Virus record (IMG/VR): IMGVR_UViG_3300027747_002198
Span: 1 to 64,000 of that record
Source of the DNA: a virus
Reading direction: 5' to 3' (one strand)
Length of the DNA stretch: 64,000 nt
The position numbers and the translations under genes were made by a program. Below, piece after piece: positions 27,126-37,546 of the stretch; position 1 is the stretch's first letter, and every line of letters begins with the position of its first letter. Below the pieces are notes generated by a model. That model saw only the letters and a list, made by a program, of their open reading frames with translations. It was not told the origin of the DNA and ran no database searches.

Positions 27126-30100
27126 TACAGTTTCTATTTTAGGGTATGCTAATACATTTGGTGATTGGGTAGTTACTACTAATTATTTGGCTGGTGAAAA
27201 TAATAATTTAGCGGCAAAAAATTATACCAAATCAACTGGCACATTGATTGTTTCCGACCCATCAAACGCATTTCAAGCAAATGGTCCTGTTAATTTTTAT
27301 AATACGGTAAGTGTTACCAATCCTGGTTCTTCCGTATCTATTGACAACAATTTAACAGTCAAATACGGCCAAGTATATTTTTCAAATACTCAAATAGGTT
27401 TAAATAACGCTGGTCAAATGATTGTTGGAGGATTGTTGAGTGTCAATGGTCCAGGTTTAGGTCTTGCCGTTTTAAACAATTCTCAATTGAATGGTTATTT
27501 AAGAGTAACAGGCAATACAGTTATTGCAAACACATTAAGTGTTTCTGGCACAACCGTAATTTCAAATACAGTTTCAATTTCTTTAGATACCACAGTAGGT
27601 GGTAACGTAATTGCTCAAAATTATGTTAATGTTACTAAAGATGTCAACGCTGTTAATTTTAATGCCACAAATTCCTTCAATGGTTATAATTTGGCCATTA
27701 ACGGAAATGGTTTAATAACAAACAACTTAAACGTCTATCAACAAACAAATCTTAGTGGTAACGTATTTGCTGGAAATAATATTACTACTGCACTTACTGT
27801 AACATCAAACGTAATAAATGCAAACACAACTATTAATACTCCTTCATTAAATGTGTCTGTATCTGGTTATATTTCTAACTTAACTTCTTTATTGTTGAAT
27901 GCTAATACTGTATATGCTAATACATTTAATGCCAACACAACTATTAATACTCCTTCATTAAATGTATCCACAACAGGATATGTTACAAACTTAACTTCTT
28001 CTTTATTGAATGTAAGTGGTTCATTATTTGCCAATACATTTAATGCCAATAACACCATTAACACCAAAATATTAAATGTTAGTGGTAATACATTTACAGG
28101 CAATCTTAATGCAAATGGTTACACATTCTTAGGTGGTGTATTGAATGCTGCTGGTTCGGCTTATGTAAACTCTCTATCATCAAATGGTGCAATTAATGGT
28201 ACCAATCTAACATTAAGTGGAACAACACTTAATGCTACAGGTGTATATGGACAATTCCAATCATTATACACTTCAGGTTCTGTAACTGTTAATGGCAATT
28301 TTGTAATTACTGGTACTACAGTTTATGCAACAAATACATTCACTCTTAGTGCTAACGCTAGTTCACCAATCAGTTCATACTTTAATGTGTATCGTCCATC
28401 AGCAGCAAATGCTTCTTTCCGTTGGAATGAGCCACAACAGTACTTTGAGTTAAATGATGTCAATAATGGAAATTATTACAGAATATTAACTGACGAATAT
28501 GTAAGTGATACCACTTATAATTATGGTTCAAAAAATATTGCTACATCAAATGCAGTATCTTATTTGCAAGGTGTTGCAAATACAGCAAACACAAATATTA
28601 ACAATGTAAATTTAACATTAGCTTCCAATTCAGCAACATTACAATCTAATATTGATAACGCTAATGCTAATGCAAGAAATTCTTCTTATCAAACAACAGG
28701 AACATTGCCTGCTGCTCGTTTGCCGGCATCAGGTGTAACTGCTGGATATTGGGGTGGCGCAACACAAATTCCAGTATTAAATATTGATTCTACTGGTCGT
28801 GTAATTTCAGCAGCTAATACAGCAGTATCTTCAACTTTGGCAACAGCAGGCTCGAGTGGTACAGGTAGCGTATCTTTAATTAGTCAATCATTGACTGTTA
28901 CATCATCAAACACTTATATTACTACTGTTGTTAATTCTGGTCAAACTTTAACTGTTACTCCACAAACTTCAGGTGCAACATTTGGTACCTACGGATCAAG
29001 TACATCAATTCCAGTTCTTACAGTTGACACTTTTGGTCGTGTAACTAATATAACAACGACCGCAATTTCAACTTCAATTACACTTGCTGGCGGTTCAGGT
29101 TCTGGTTCAGTTGCTGGTGGTGGAACATTAACAATAAATGGTAGTACAGGACTTACGACATCAGTAAGTGGCAGTACATATACGCTTACAAACTCTGGTG
29201 TTACTTCTATTACTGGAACAACAAATCAAATTACTGCTTCAAGTTCTACTGGTGGCGTAACATTATCATTACCTCAAAATATTAACTCTGGCGCCGCTCC
29301 AACATTTGCTGGTACAAACTTCACAAGTATTCCTAATGGCGCTTTGACCAATTCAACCATTTCTGGAATTTCTCTTGGAGGCAGTTTAAATAGTTTAACA
29401 TTTAGTAACGGTGGATCAGGAGATGCATCTGCTTCAACATATAATGGCTCTGCAGCTAAAACTATTAGTTATAACAGTATTGGAGCTTCTCCATTAGCTG
29501 GTTCTTCTAGTTTGACTACTACCGGTACAATTACTTCCGGTATTTGGTCGGCTTCTTTTGGCGCTGTATCTGGTGCAAATTTAACAGGATTGACCGCTGG
29601 TAATTTAACAGGAACTATTCCTTCGGGAGTTCTTGGAAATTCTACATTATATGTTGGAACTACTGCAATTGCACTAAACCGTGCTTCTACTTCACAAACG
29701 TTAACTGGAGTTAGTATTGACGGTAATGCTGGCGGATCAGCAGCAACATTTACAAGTACGTCACAGAATTCTCAATTCAATTCTATTGGTGTAGGTACTC
29801 CTGCTTCTACGACTGCTGGTGAAATTCGTGCCACTAATAATATTACTGCTTACTATTCTTCTGATAAGAAATTTAAAGAAAATGTTGTTGATATACCAAA
29901 TGCTCTAGATGCCGTTGATGCAATTGGTGGTAAGTTATTTGATTGGACCGATGCTTATTTGGAAGCTCATGGTGGTGAAGATGGTTACTTTAATCAAAAA
30001 CAAGATTTTGGTGTTATTGCTCAGGATGTTCAATCTGTATTCCCAAGAGCAGTCCGAACAAGACCAGATGGTTCTTTGGCAGTTGATTATGAAAAATTAG

Positions 30101-30165
30101 TTGCTTTGTCATTTGCAGCAATTAAAGAACTTAAAGCAGAAATTGAAGAATTGAAGAAGTCCTAA
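27118..30165 (+). CDS. Tail fibre with C-terminal intramolecular chaperone (peptidase S74-like) domain
   Basis: N-terminal ANTFGDW, beta repeats, GVTAG.Y...GRV repeats, GEIRATNNITAYYSSDKKFKENV, GVIAQDV, LAVDYEKL, terminal coiled coil. Confidence 0.82.
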   Translation: MANTVSILGYANTFGDWVVTTNYLAGENNNLAAKNYTKSTGTLIVSDPSNAFQANGPVNFYNTVSVTNPGSSVSIDNNLTVKYGQVYFSNTQIGLNNAGQMIVGGLLSVNGPGLGLAVLNNSQLNGYLRVTGNTVIANTLSVSGTTVISNTVSISLDTTVGGNVIAQNYVNVTKDVNAVNFNATNSFNGYNLAINGNGLITNNLNVYQQTNLSGNVFAGNNITTALTVTSNVINANTTINTPSLNVSVSGYISNLTSLLLNANTVYANTFNANTTINTPSLNVSTTGYVTNLTSSLLNVSGSLFANTFNANNTINTKILNVSGNTFTGNLNANGYTFLGGVLNAAGSAYVNSLSSNGAINGTNLTLSGTTLNATGVYGQFQSLYTSGSVTVNGNFVITGTTVYATNTFTLSANASSPISSYFNVYRPSAANASFRWNEPQQYFELNDVNNGNYYRILTDEYVSDTTYNYGSKNIATSNAVSYLQGVANTANTNINNVNLTLASNSATLQSNIDNANANARNSSYQTTGTLPAARLPASGVTAGYWGGATQIPVLNIDSTGRVISAANTAVSSTLATAGSSGTGSVSLISQSLTVTSSNTYITTVVNSGQTLTVTPQTSGATFGTYGSSTSIPVLTVDTFGRVTNITTTAISTSITLAGGSGSGSVAGGGTLTINGSTGLTTSVSGSTYTLTNSGVTSITGTTNQITASSSTGGVTLSLPQNINSGAAPTFAGTNFTSIPNGALTNSTISGISLGGSLNSLTFSNGGSGDASASTYNGSAAKTISYNSIGASPLAGSSSLTTTGTITSGIWSASFGAVSGANLTGLTAGNLTGTIPSGVLGNSTLYVGTTAIALNRASTSQTLTGVSIDGNAGGSAATFTSTSQNSQFNSIGVGTPASTTAGEIRATNNITAYYSSDKKFKENVVDIPNALDAVDAIGGKLFDWTDAYLEAHGGEDGYFNQKQDFGVIAQDVQSVFPRAVRTRPDGSLAVDYEKLVALSFAAIKELKAEIEELKKS

Positions 30166-30244
30166 AAATTCAAATTTTTGTCTTCCGGCCTCCAAATTTT
30201 CCGGACGTGATCCCAAAGTCTTAAAAGCGATTTTACTTTTGAGA
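30165..30244 (+). repeat. Intergenic structured element, copy 2 (candidate ncRNA/cis-regulatory motif)
   Basis: Aligns with 11984-12062; hairpin AAAGT-CTT-AAAA-GCGA-TTTT-ACTTT. Confidence 0.65.
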
Positions 30245-30258
30245 TTAGGTGGAAATTA

Positions 30259-30266
30259 CATAAATA
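30259..30266 (+). promoter_or_regulatory. Late promoter
   Basis: Intergenic CATAAATA upstream of SD GAGG and the ATG at 30299. Confidence 0.55.
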
Positions 30267-30298
30267 TATGATAATAATTAAATATTCCAGAGGATTTC

Positions 30299-30634
30299 AT
30301 GAGCGCAGGGTATCAAAATCTCTATATGGAACAAGGAACTACCTTTTCCACCACAATCACTTTAGATGATGTTTATTTAAATACCTATAATTTGGTGGGC
30401 TTTACTGCGTCTAGTCAGATGAGAAAGTCATATTATTCAGCCAATGCTTCAGCGGTATTTTTAACAACAATTTCTGGTGGTGCTGGCCAAATAACATTAA
30501 AACTGAATGCTAACACTACAGCGAATCTTGTTCCTGGTCGTTATGTTTACGACACTCTTATTACCAGTCCATCCAATGAAGTAACAAGAATTTTGGAAGG
30601 CACTATTGATGTTTCTCCTGGAGTAACAAGATAA
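30299..30634 (+). CDS. Conserved T4-like virion protein (Ig-like fibre adaptor)
   Basis: EQGTTFST, SQMRKSY, GRYVYD, RILEG.I.VSPGVTR. Confidence 0.7.
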   Translation: MSAGYQNLYMEQGTTFSTTITLDDVYLNTYNLVGFTASSQMRKSYYSANASAVFLTTISGGAGQITLKLNANTTANLVPGRYVYDTLITSPSNEVTRILEGTIDVSPGVTR

Positions 30635-30636
30635 TA

Positions 30637-30870
30637 ATGCCAAATGTTACTGTCACTCCATCTCAATCTATCAACGTTAGAGTAGGACCTTCATCAAATC
30701 CAACTGTTCCGGCCATCAACTATGGCGGTGCGGGCGCACAATTAAGAAACTTACTTGATGTTGATGCTAGAGATTTGCAAGACGGATATGGTATAATTTA
30801 TTCGGCCGCTACGGATAAATTTATTGTACAACAAACAGTAACTTTTAATGTTGATGGAGGTACATATTAA
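30637..30870 (+). CDS. Small virion protein
   Basis: LRNLLDVD...DGGTY C-terminus typical of T4-like fibre-associated peptides; TAATG overlap with the next gene. Confidence 0.6.
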   Translation: MPNVTVTPSQSINVRVGPSSNPTVPAINYGGAGAQLRNLLDVDARDLQDGYGIIYSAATDKFIVQQTVTFNVDGGTY

Positions 30871-32483
30871 TGACCATTCAACATTCAACTATACAATTAA
30901 AAAGAAGTAATACTGCCTTTTCGGTACCAGCACAAGATGTTTTGGCACCAGGCGAATTAGCAGTCAATATTACTGATGGTCGTCTATTTTTACAATTACA
31001 AAATGGAAATGTAGTAGACATATCTTCTACTCCTGTTGGCAACACCTATTATGTTTCTGCAACAGGCAACGACCAATTTGACGGAAAAACTCCAGGAGCT
31101 TCTAAAGCAACCATCCGTGCAGCAGTTGCAGCAGCACAACCAGGAGATTCTGTATATATTCATAGTGGCACATATACCGAAAAAACTCCAATTATTGTTC
31201 CACAACAAGTTCAAATTTCTGGTGCCGGTGAAAGAAACACTATTATTCAACCACAAGATCCTACAAAAGATATTTTTTGGATGAATAATAATGGTTATGT
31301 TACTGCTGTAAAATTTGTTAATTATTCAGGTTCAGCAATAGCATTTCCTACTCCTGTAATTGAAACCGGTACTGCACAAGGTGGCGGTAGCAATTATGTT
31401 GTTTTAGGAACTAATGCAGAACCTTATGATGATTATTATACCAGCATGCAAATTACTATTACTTCTGGACCCGCTGCAGGTCCTTTTGGAACAACAAGAA
31501 CAATTACTGCATATAATGGTAATACAAAAGTTGCCACAATAGATAGTCAAATTACTCCTTATGTTGATAACACTTGTAATTACACTCTTTCTATTCCGTT
31601 AAGAACTTCACCTGCATCTCCTACTACAAGATACACAACTTATATTACAGGAAGTCCTTACATTTATAATAGTTCTTCTATCACCTCACTTGGTGGTACA
31701 GGATTAAAAATTGATGGATCAAGAGCAACCGGTAATAAAAGTATGATATCATCTCAGTTTACTCAAGTAAACCAAGGCGGCAAAGGTGTACACATATTAA
31801 ATGATGGTTACTCACAATTGGTTTCCATCTATGGTATTTTCTGTGACACGGCTTTCTTGGCTGAATCTGGCGGTTCTGCTTCAATGGGTAACTGTAACGT
31901 AAACTTTGGTAATTACGGATTGGTGGCTAATGGTAAAGGTGCCTTAGCTATGACAGCAAAACTTAACGGCACTCAATCAGCAGGCACCTTAACAATGAAT
32001 CTTTCGAGTGTAGTTGCAAACTCTGCATTTGTAACTGCGCCAGTACCATTTTCTAGTATGGTCATGAAAATTTCGGGAGATGATCCAAATACATATTATG
32101 TTGTTAAAGGTTCTACTCCATTAGATGCTAAAGGAAATACAACAGTATCATTTGCAGTAAGCAATAATACCGTATTTGCCGATCAAACGCCGGTTTATTT
32201 TTATCAACAAAGTCAGTTAAGAGCATCAGGACAAACTTTTGAATTTGTTGGTGCAGGCACAAACATTAATGCTATACCTAGATTAGGTGGCGTGGCAGAT
32301 TCAACAAAACAAATTGTCGTATATAATGAAGGTTCTGTTTACGCCACAGCAACAGATGAAGCAGGTAACTTTACAGTTGGGGATTTAATATTAAATCAAG
32401 CAACCGCAACCATTGCTGGCCGAACATTTAGTAAGAGTTTATTTGCGCAAATGACTCCATATATTTTAGCACTCGAAGGATAA
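30870..32483 (+). CDS. Tail fibre/spike protein with pectin-lyase-like beta-helix
   Basis: N-terminal IQLKRS...LAPGELAVN.TDGRLF attachment motif; YYVSATGND, TIRAAVAAA.PGD.VYIHSGTYTE beta-helix start. Confidence 0.65.
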   Translation: MTIQHSTIQLKRSNTAFSVPAQDVLAPGELAVNITDGRLFLQLQNGNVVDISSTPVGNTYYVSATGNDQFDGKTPGASKATIRAAVAAAQPGDSVYIHSGTYTEKTPIIVPQQVQISGAGERNTIIQPQDPTKDIFWMNNNGYVTAVKFVNYSGSAIAFPTPVIETGTAQGGGSNYVVLGTNAEPYDDYYTSMQITITSGPAAGPFGTTRTITAYNGNTKVATIDSQITPYVDNTCNYTLSIPLRTSPASPTTRYTTYITGSPYIYNSSSITSLGGTGLKIDGSRATGNKSMISSQFTQVNQGGKGVHILNDGYSQLVSIYGIFCDTAFLAESGGSASMGNCNVNFGNYGLVANGKGALAMTAKLNGTQSAGTLTMNLSSVVANSAFVTAPVPFSSMVMKISGDDPNTYYVVKGSTPLDAKGNTTVSFAVSNNTVFADQTPVYFYQQSQLRASGQTFEFVGAGTNINAIPRLGGVADSTKQIVVYNEGSVYATATDEAGNFTVGDLILNQATATIAGRTFSKSLFAQMTPYILALEG

Positions 32484-32486
32484 AAA

Positions 32487-32831
32487 ATGGCAGCACAATC
32501 AATTCCATTAAATACGTTTAAAACAACAACCGCAACATTAACAACTAATTTTCAAACAATATATACTACACCTACTGGTGTAACTACTGTCGTTTTGTTG
32601 GCACAAGTTTCAAATATAGATTCAGCAAATACTATTCAAGCTTCTGCTTATTTTGTAAGAGGTGGCGTTAACACTTCAATTATTCAAGGAACTATTATTC
32701 CAACAAATGACGCAGCAACACTATTAACAGGCAAATTAATTTTACAAACAGGCGATTCATTTACTGCCAATTGTAGTATAAGTGGTTCTGGACAATTAAT
32801 TTTGTCATATTTAGAAACAGCAAATCAATAA
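32487..32831 (+). CDS. Small virion protein (beta-sandwich)
   Basis: LNTFKT, IYTTPTG, LLAQVSN, GKLILQTGD, LSYLETAN. Confidence 0.6.
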   Translation: MAAQSIPLNTFKTTTATLTTNFQTIYTTPTGVTTVVLLAQVSNIDSANTIQASAYFVRGGVNTSIIQGTIIPTNDAATLLTGKLILQTGDSFTANCSISGSGQLILSYLETANQ

Positions 32832-32837
32832 TAAAAT

Positions 32838-35800
32838 ATGACCAATAGAACTAGGCTAGTTAGCGGTCGTGTACCCACAAGTAATTCCGCTAACGTATCA
32901 CTCTCACGTTACCAATTTTTAGATTTAAGTTCTGCGGAACCTAATCTAGGTACGGCCAATAACGGAGATGTTTTAAGTTACAATACAGCAAGTCCTGGTG
33001 GCCGGCAATGGATTCCTCAAAGTTATTTGGGTGGGTTAGGACTTGCTCAGCAAGCATACAATCAAGCTAACTCCGCTAATATTTTGGCACAATCTGCATA
33101 TACTCAATCCAATGTAGCATATAATCTTGCCAGTTATGCCTCCAATACTGCTAATAATGCGTTGCCAAATACTGGTCCTTTAATCACAGTAAATTCTACA
33201 TCAAGATTATATGTTTCTAATACAACAACAAGTACAAGTAATACTACAGGTGCTTTAACTGTTGCTGGTGGTGTTGGTATTTCTGGTAATTTATTTGTTG
33301 GTGGCACAAATATTACAATAGGTGAAGGACCTGGAAATGCAACAGTTAATATTGCATCAGGTGGATTAACAGGTAATACTATTGTAGTTAACATTGGAAC
33401 TCCAACTGCAGCATATCAATATCCAATAACGTACACTAATATTTTTGGAGGAGCAACTGTTGGGGGTAACCTCACAGTTCAAGGTGGATATAATCAAATT
33501 GGTAATGGTAATTATACCACCTATGTGTATTTGGGTAATGGTTATTCATTAGCAGGTGTTATTAAAACTGTTGAAATTGGTACGAATGCTTTTATTGGTT
33601 CAAATACTAATATAGCAATTGGTACATCAGGCGGTGGAAATACAACAGTAAAATTTGGTAGTAACACAATTACCAATTTTACAAATACGGCCATATCAAC
33701 ATCGAATACCACTGGTGCTTTAACTGTTGCTGGTGGTATTGGTGTAAAAGGTAATGTGTATGCTGATGCTGTTTACTCCAATAATGCTTTAGTTCTAACT
33801 TCTGAACCTATTGGTATTTCTGCTGCATCAAATACAGTTTATATTAAAGCTGGTTTAGATTCAGCTAACGCCAATATTGCTTTGTTACAAGCATCATTAG
33901 GTACCAGTAATGCTAATATTACATATATTCTTGGTATTGATGCAACTCAAAATTCTTGGATTATATCTGCTAATGCAAACTCTGCTTTAGCATTTTCTTA
34001 TATCAATTCAGCCAATGCTAACATTGCGTTACTCCAATCAGGTTTAATTACGGCTAATGCCAACGGTGTTGCTACCGATGGTAAAATGCAATCTGCTTAT
34101 AATCAAGCTAACGTAACTGCTGGTGGTTTAATAACGGCTAATGCTAATACAGTATACACACAAGCAGGTTTAAATACTGCAAACGGAAATATAAGTGCTT
34201 TACAAGGTGGTTTGATTGCAGCCAATGCCAATAGTTTTTACATACAATCTGGCCTCAATACCGCCAATGCCAACATATCAATTATTCAAGGTGTAGACTT
34301 AACACAGAACACTTGGATTACCAATACCGATGGTAAAATGCAATCTGCTTATAATCAAGCTAATATAACCGCTGGTGGCTTGATAACTGCTAATGCTAAT
34401 ACAGTTTATATTAAAGCAGGACTTGATAGTGCTAATGCCAATATTGGTATTTTATTTGGTATTGAAACAACACAAAATACAAATATTACATACACCGATG
34501 CTAAGATGCAATCGGCATATAACCAAGCCAACGTTACTGCTGGTGGCTTAATAACTGCTAATGCCAATACAGTCTATACGCAAGCAGGACTTAATACTGC
34601 CAATGGTAACATAAGTGCATTACAAGGCGGATTAATTGCAGCCAACGCTAACTCAGCATACATTTTAGCAGGATTAATATCGGCTAATGCAAACACAGCA
34701 ATCATTCAAGGTGTTGACTTAACACAAAACACTTGGATTACCAATACAGATGGCAAGATGCAATCGGCTTATAATCAAGCAAACGTAACTGCTGGTGGCT
34801 TGATAACTGCTAATGCTAATACAGTTTATACGCAAGCAGGTTTAAATTCAGCCAATGCTAGAATAACAATTATTGAAGGTGTGGATGCGACTCAAAACAC
34901 CAACATCTCCAATAAAGTAAATTTAACTGGATCATTAAATCAAACAATTTCTGGAAATGTGACCATCACACAAGATTTAGTTGTTTCAGGTAATTTAGTC
35001 CTCACAGGAAATATTTCATCACAAAACGTACAACAGTTAGCCGTAGCTGACCCGTTAATATTATTAGGTCTTGGTAACTATGTTAGCGATACCAAAGATA
35101 TTGGTTTTGCTGGACATTATAACGATGGTACCAATGCTCACGCTGGTTTGATTAGAGATTCTGGAACAAAAGAATTTTATTTATTCAAAGGTTACACACC
35201 AGAAGTAGATTCGAACAATAACATTGATATTACAGACGCATCATTTAGTAAAGCAAACTTAAACGCTAGTTATTTTAAAGGTAATTTAATTGTTACAACA
35301 GCAGTTGTTAATGGTATTGATATTTACACTTATTCAACTTCTGCTTGGACACAAGCCAATGTAACTGCTGGTGGTTTAATAACGGCCAATGGCAATATAT
35401 CTGCATTACAAGGTGGTTTGATTAGTGCAAATGCTAATTCATTTTATATTCAATCTGGATTAAATTCAGCAAATGCCAACATAGCTTTGTTACAAACAGG
35501 ACTTATAACTGCTAACGCAAATGGTGTTGCTACTGATGGTAAAATGCAGTCTGCCTATAATCAAGCAAACGTGGTTGCTGGTGGTTTGATAACGGCTAAT
35601 GCTAACACAGTTTACATTAAAGCAGGACTTGATAGTGCCAATGCTAATATTGCTTTGTTACAAGCAGGATTAGGTACCAGTAATGCCAACATTGCATATA
35701 TTCTTGGTATTGATGCAACTCAAAATTCTTGGATTATATCTGGAAACGCAAATTCAGCTCTAGCGTTTTCTTATATTAATTCTGCTAACGCCAATATAGC

Positions 35801-37544
35801 TTTACTTCAATCTGGACTTAATACTGCTAATGCAAACATAGCTTATATTCTTGGTGTTGACTTAACTCAGAATACTTGGATTACCAATACTGATGGTAAA
35901 ATGCAATCTGCTTACAATCAAGCAAACGTGGTTGCTGGAGGATTGATTACTGCTAATGCTAATACAGTTTATATTAAAGCTGGGTTAGATTCAGCCAATG
36001 CTAATATTGCTTTGTTGCAAGCAGGATTAGGTACCAGTAATGCCAACATTGCATATATTCTTGGTATTGATGCAACTCAAAATTCTTGGATTATATCTGG
36101 AAACGCAAATTCAGCTCTAGCGTTTTCTTATATCAATTCAGCGAATGCTAACATTTCTATTTTGTTTGGCATTGAAACAACTCAGAATACTTGGATTACT
36201 AATACTGATGGTAAGATGCAGTCTGCCTATAATCAGGCTAATGCGACCGCCGGTGGTTTAATAACTGCTAATGCTAATATTGTATCAACAGACGGTAAGA
36301 TGCAGTCGGCTTATAACCAAGCCAACGTAACTGCTGGTGGTTTAATTACCGCTAACGCTAATAGTTTCTATATTCAGTCTGGATTAAATTCAGCAAATGC
36401 CAACATAGCTTTGTTACAAGCAGGACTTATAACTGCTAATGCTAATATTGTATCAACAGATGGTAAAATGCAATCAGCTTATAACCAAGCCAATGTTACC
36501 GCTGGTGGACTTATAACGGCTAATGCTAATACAGTTTATATTCAGTCTGGATTAAATTCAGCCAATGCCAATATATCATATCTTTTTGGTGTAAATTTAA
36601 CACAAAATACTTGGATTACCAATACTGATGGTTTGACACAATCGGCATATGCTCAAGCAAATGCTATTAGTTCTTATGCAAACACCACACTAAGTTATTT
36701 AAGTGGAGCTTTAATTACTACTAATGCTAATACAGTTTATATTCAATCTGGATTAAATTCAGCTAATGCCAATATTGTTTCATTACAAGCATTGGCGAAT
36801 ACAGATTATACAACTGTAACATCTCCGACAGGAACATTTGGTAGTGCAACATTAGTTCCTGTAGTTACTGTTGCTGCTAACGGTCGTATTACTAATATCA
36901 GCACAACAACAATCACCGGTGGTGGTGCCGGTGCTAACACAAATAGTTTTTCTACTATCGTTGTTTCTGGTCAACCAAGAGTAATAGCAAATAGTACTTC
37001 TTCACCATTAACATTTGTTGCTGGTACTGGAATGACTATTACTACTGTTGGCACCAGTAACACAATTACTTTTGTTTCAACGGGAGGATTTAGTGGCGGT
37101 ACAATTCCTAATCCTTTGAACATCACAAGTACATTAGTGAGTACAAATACCACCACGGGTGCTTTAGTAGTTACTGGTGGTGTTGGTATTGGTGGCGCAC
37201 TAAATGCTACATCAAAATCATTTAATATTCCACATCCAACAAAACCAGGAAAAGATTTACGTTATGGATCGTTAGAAGGTCCCGAGTTTGGTGTGTATGT
37301 TCGTGGAAAATTGGTTAATAATAACACAATTGAATTGCCTGAATATTGGACAAAATTGGTTCATAAAGATAGCATAACTGTTCAATTAACTCCTATTGGT
37401 AAATTTCAAAAACTTTCTGTTAAAGAAATTAAAGATAACAGGATTACTATTGGTAATGATGCCTTATTAAGTAATGATATTAATTGTTTTTATATTGTGT
37501 TTGCAGAAAGAGCAGATATAGATAAGCTTGAAGTGGAAAGTTAA
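32838..37544 (+). CDS. Long tail fibre with modular coiled-coil repeats and a conserved C-terminal domain
   Basis: Many TDGKMQSAYNQANVTAGGLITANAN and TQNTWI repeats; STSNTTGAL.V.GG.GI repeats; C-terminal KSFNIPHP...LRYGSLEGPE.GVYVRG. Confidence 0.75.
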   Translation: MTNRTRLVSGRVPTSNSANVSLSRYQFLDLSSAEPNLGTANNGDVLSYNTASPGGRQWIPQSYLGGLGLAQQAYNQANSANILAQSAYTQSNVAYNLASYASNTANNALPNTGPLITVNSTSRLYVSNTTTSTSNTTGALTVAGGVGISGNLFVGGTNITIGEGPGNATVNIASGGLTGNTIVVNIGTPTAAYQYPITYTNIFGGATVGGNLTVQGGYNQIGNGNYTTYVYLGNGYSLAGVIKTVEIGTNAFIGSNTNIAIGTSGGGNTTVKFGSNTITNFTNTAISTSNTTGALTVAGGIGVKGNVYADAVYSNNALVLTSEPIGISAASNTVYIKAGLDSANANIALLQASLGTSNANITYILGIDATQNSWIISANANSALAFSYINSANANIALLQSGLITANANGVATDGKMQSAYNQANVTAGGLITANANTVYTQAGLNTANGNISALQGGLIAANANSFYIQSGLNTANANISIIQGVDLTQNTWITNTDGKMQSAYNQANITAGGLITANANTVYIKAGLDSANANIGILFGIETTQNTNITYTDAKMQSAYNQANVTAGGLITANANTVYTQAGLNTANGNISALQGGLIAANANSAYILAGLISANANTAIIQGVDLTQNTWITNTDGKMQSAYNQANVTAGGLITANANTVYTQAGLNSANARITIIEGVDATQNTNISNKVNLTGSLNQTISGNVTITQDLVVSGNLVLTGNISSQNVQQLAVADPLILLGLGNYVSDTKDIGFAGHYNDGTNAHAGLIRDSGTKEFYLFKGYTPEVDSNNNIDITDASFSKANLNASYFKGNLIVTTAVVNGIDIYTYSTSAWTQANVTAGGLITANGNISALQGGLISANANSFYIQSGLNSANANIALLQTGLITANANGVATDGKMQSAYNQANVVAGGLITANANTVYIKAGLDSANANIALLQAGLGTSNANIAYILGIDATQNSWIISGNANSALAFSYINSANANIALLQSGLNTANANIAYILGVDLTQNTWITNTDGKMQSAYNQANVVAGGLITANANTVYIKAGLDSANANIALLQAGLGTSNANIAYILGIDATQNSWIISGNANSALAFSYINSANANISILFGIETTQNTWITNTDGKMQSAYNQANATAGGLITANANIVSTDGKMQSAYNQANVTAGGLITANANSFYIQSGLNSANANIALLQAGLITANANIVSTDGKMQSAYNQANVTAGGLITANANTVYIQSGLNSANANISYLFGVNLTQNTWITNTDGLTQSAYAQANAISSYANTTLSYLSGALITTNANTVYIQSGLNSANANIVSLQALANTDYTTVTSPTGTFGSATLVPVVTVAANGRITNISTTTITGGGAGANTNSFSTIVVSGQPRVIANSTSSPLTFVAGTGMTITTVGTSNTITFVSTGGFSGGTIPNPLNITSTLVSTNTTTGALVVTGGVGIGGALNATSKSFNIPHPTKPGKDLRYGSLEGPEFGVYVRGKLVNNNTIELPEYWTKLVHKDSITVQLTPIGKFQKLSVKEIKDNRITIGNDALLSNDINCFYIVFAERADIDKLEVES
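33820..36790 (+). repeat. Coding modular repeats within the long fibre gene
   Basis: Recurrent DNA modules; 35661-35776 is identical to 36018-36133. Confidence 0.85.
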
Positions 37545-37546
37545 TT

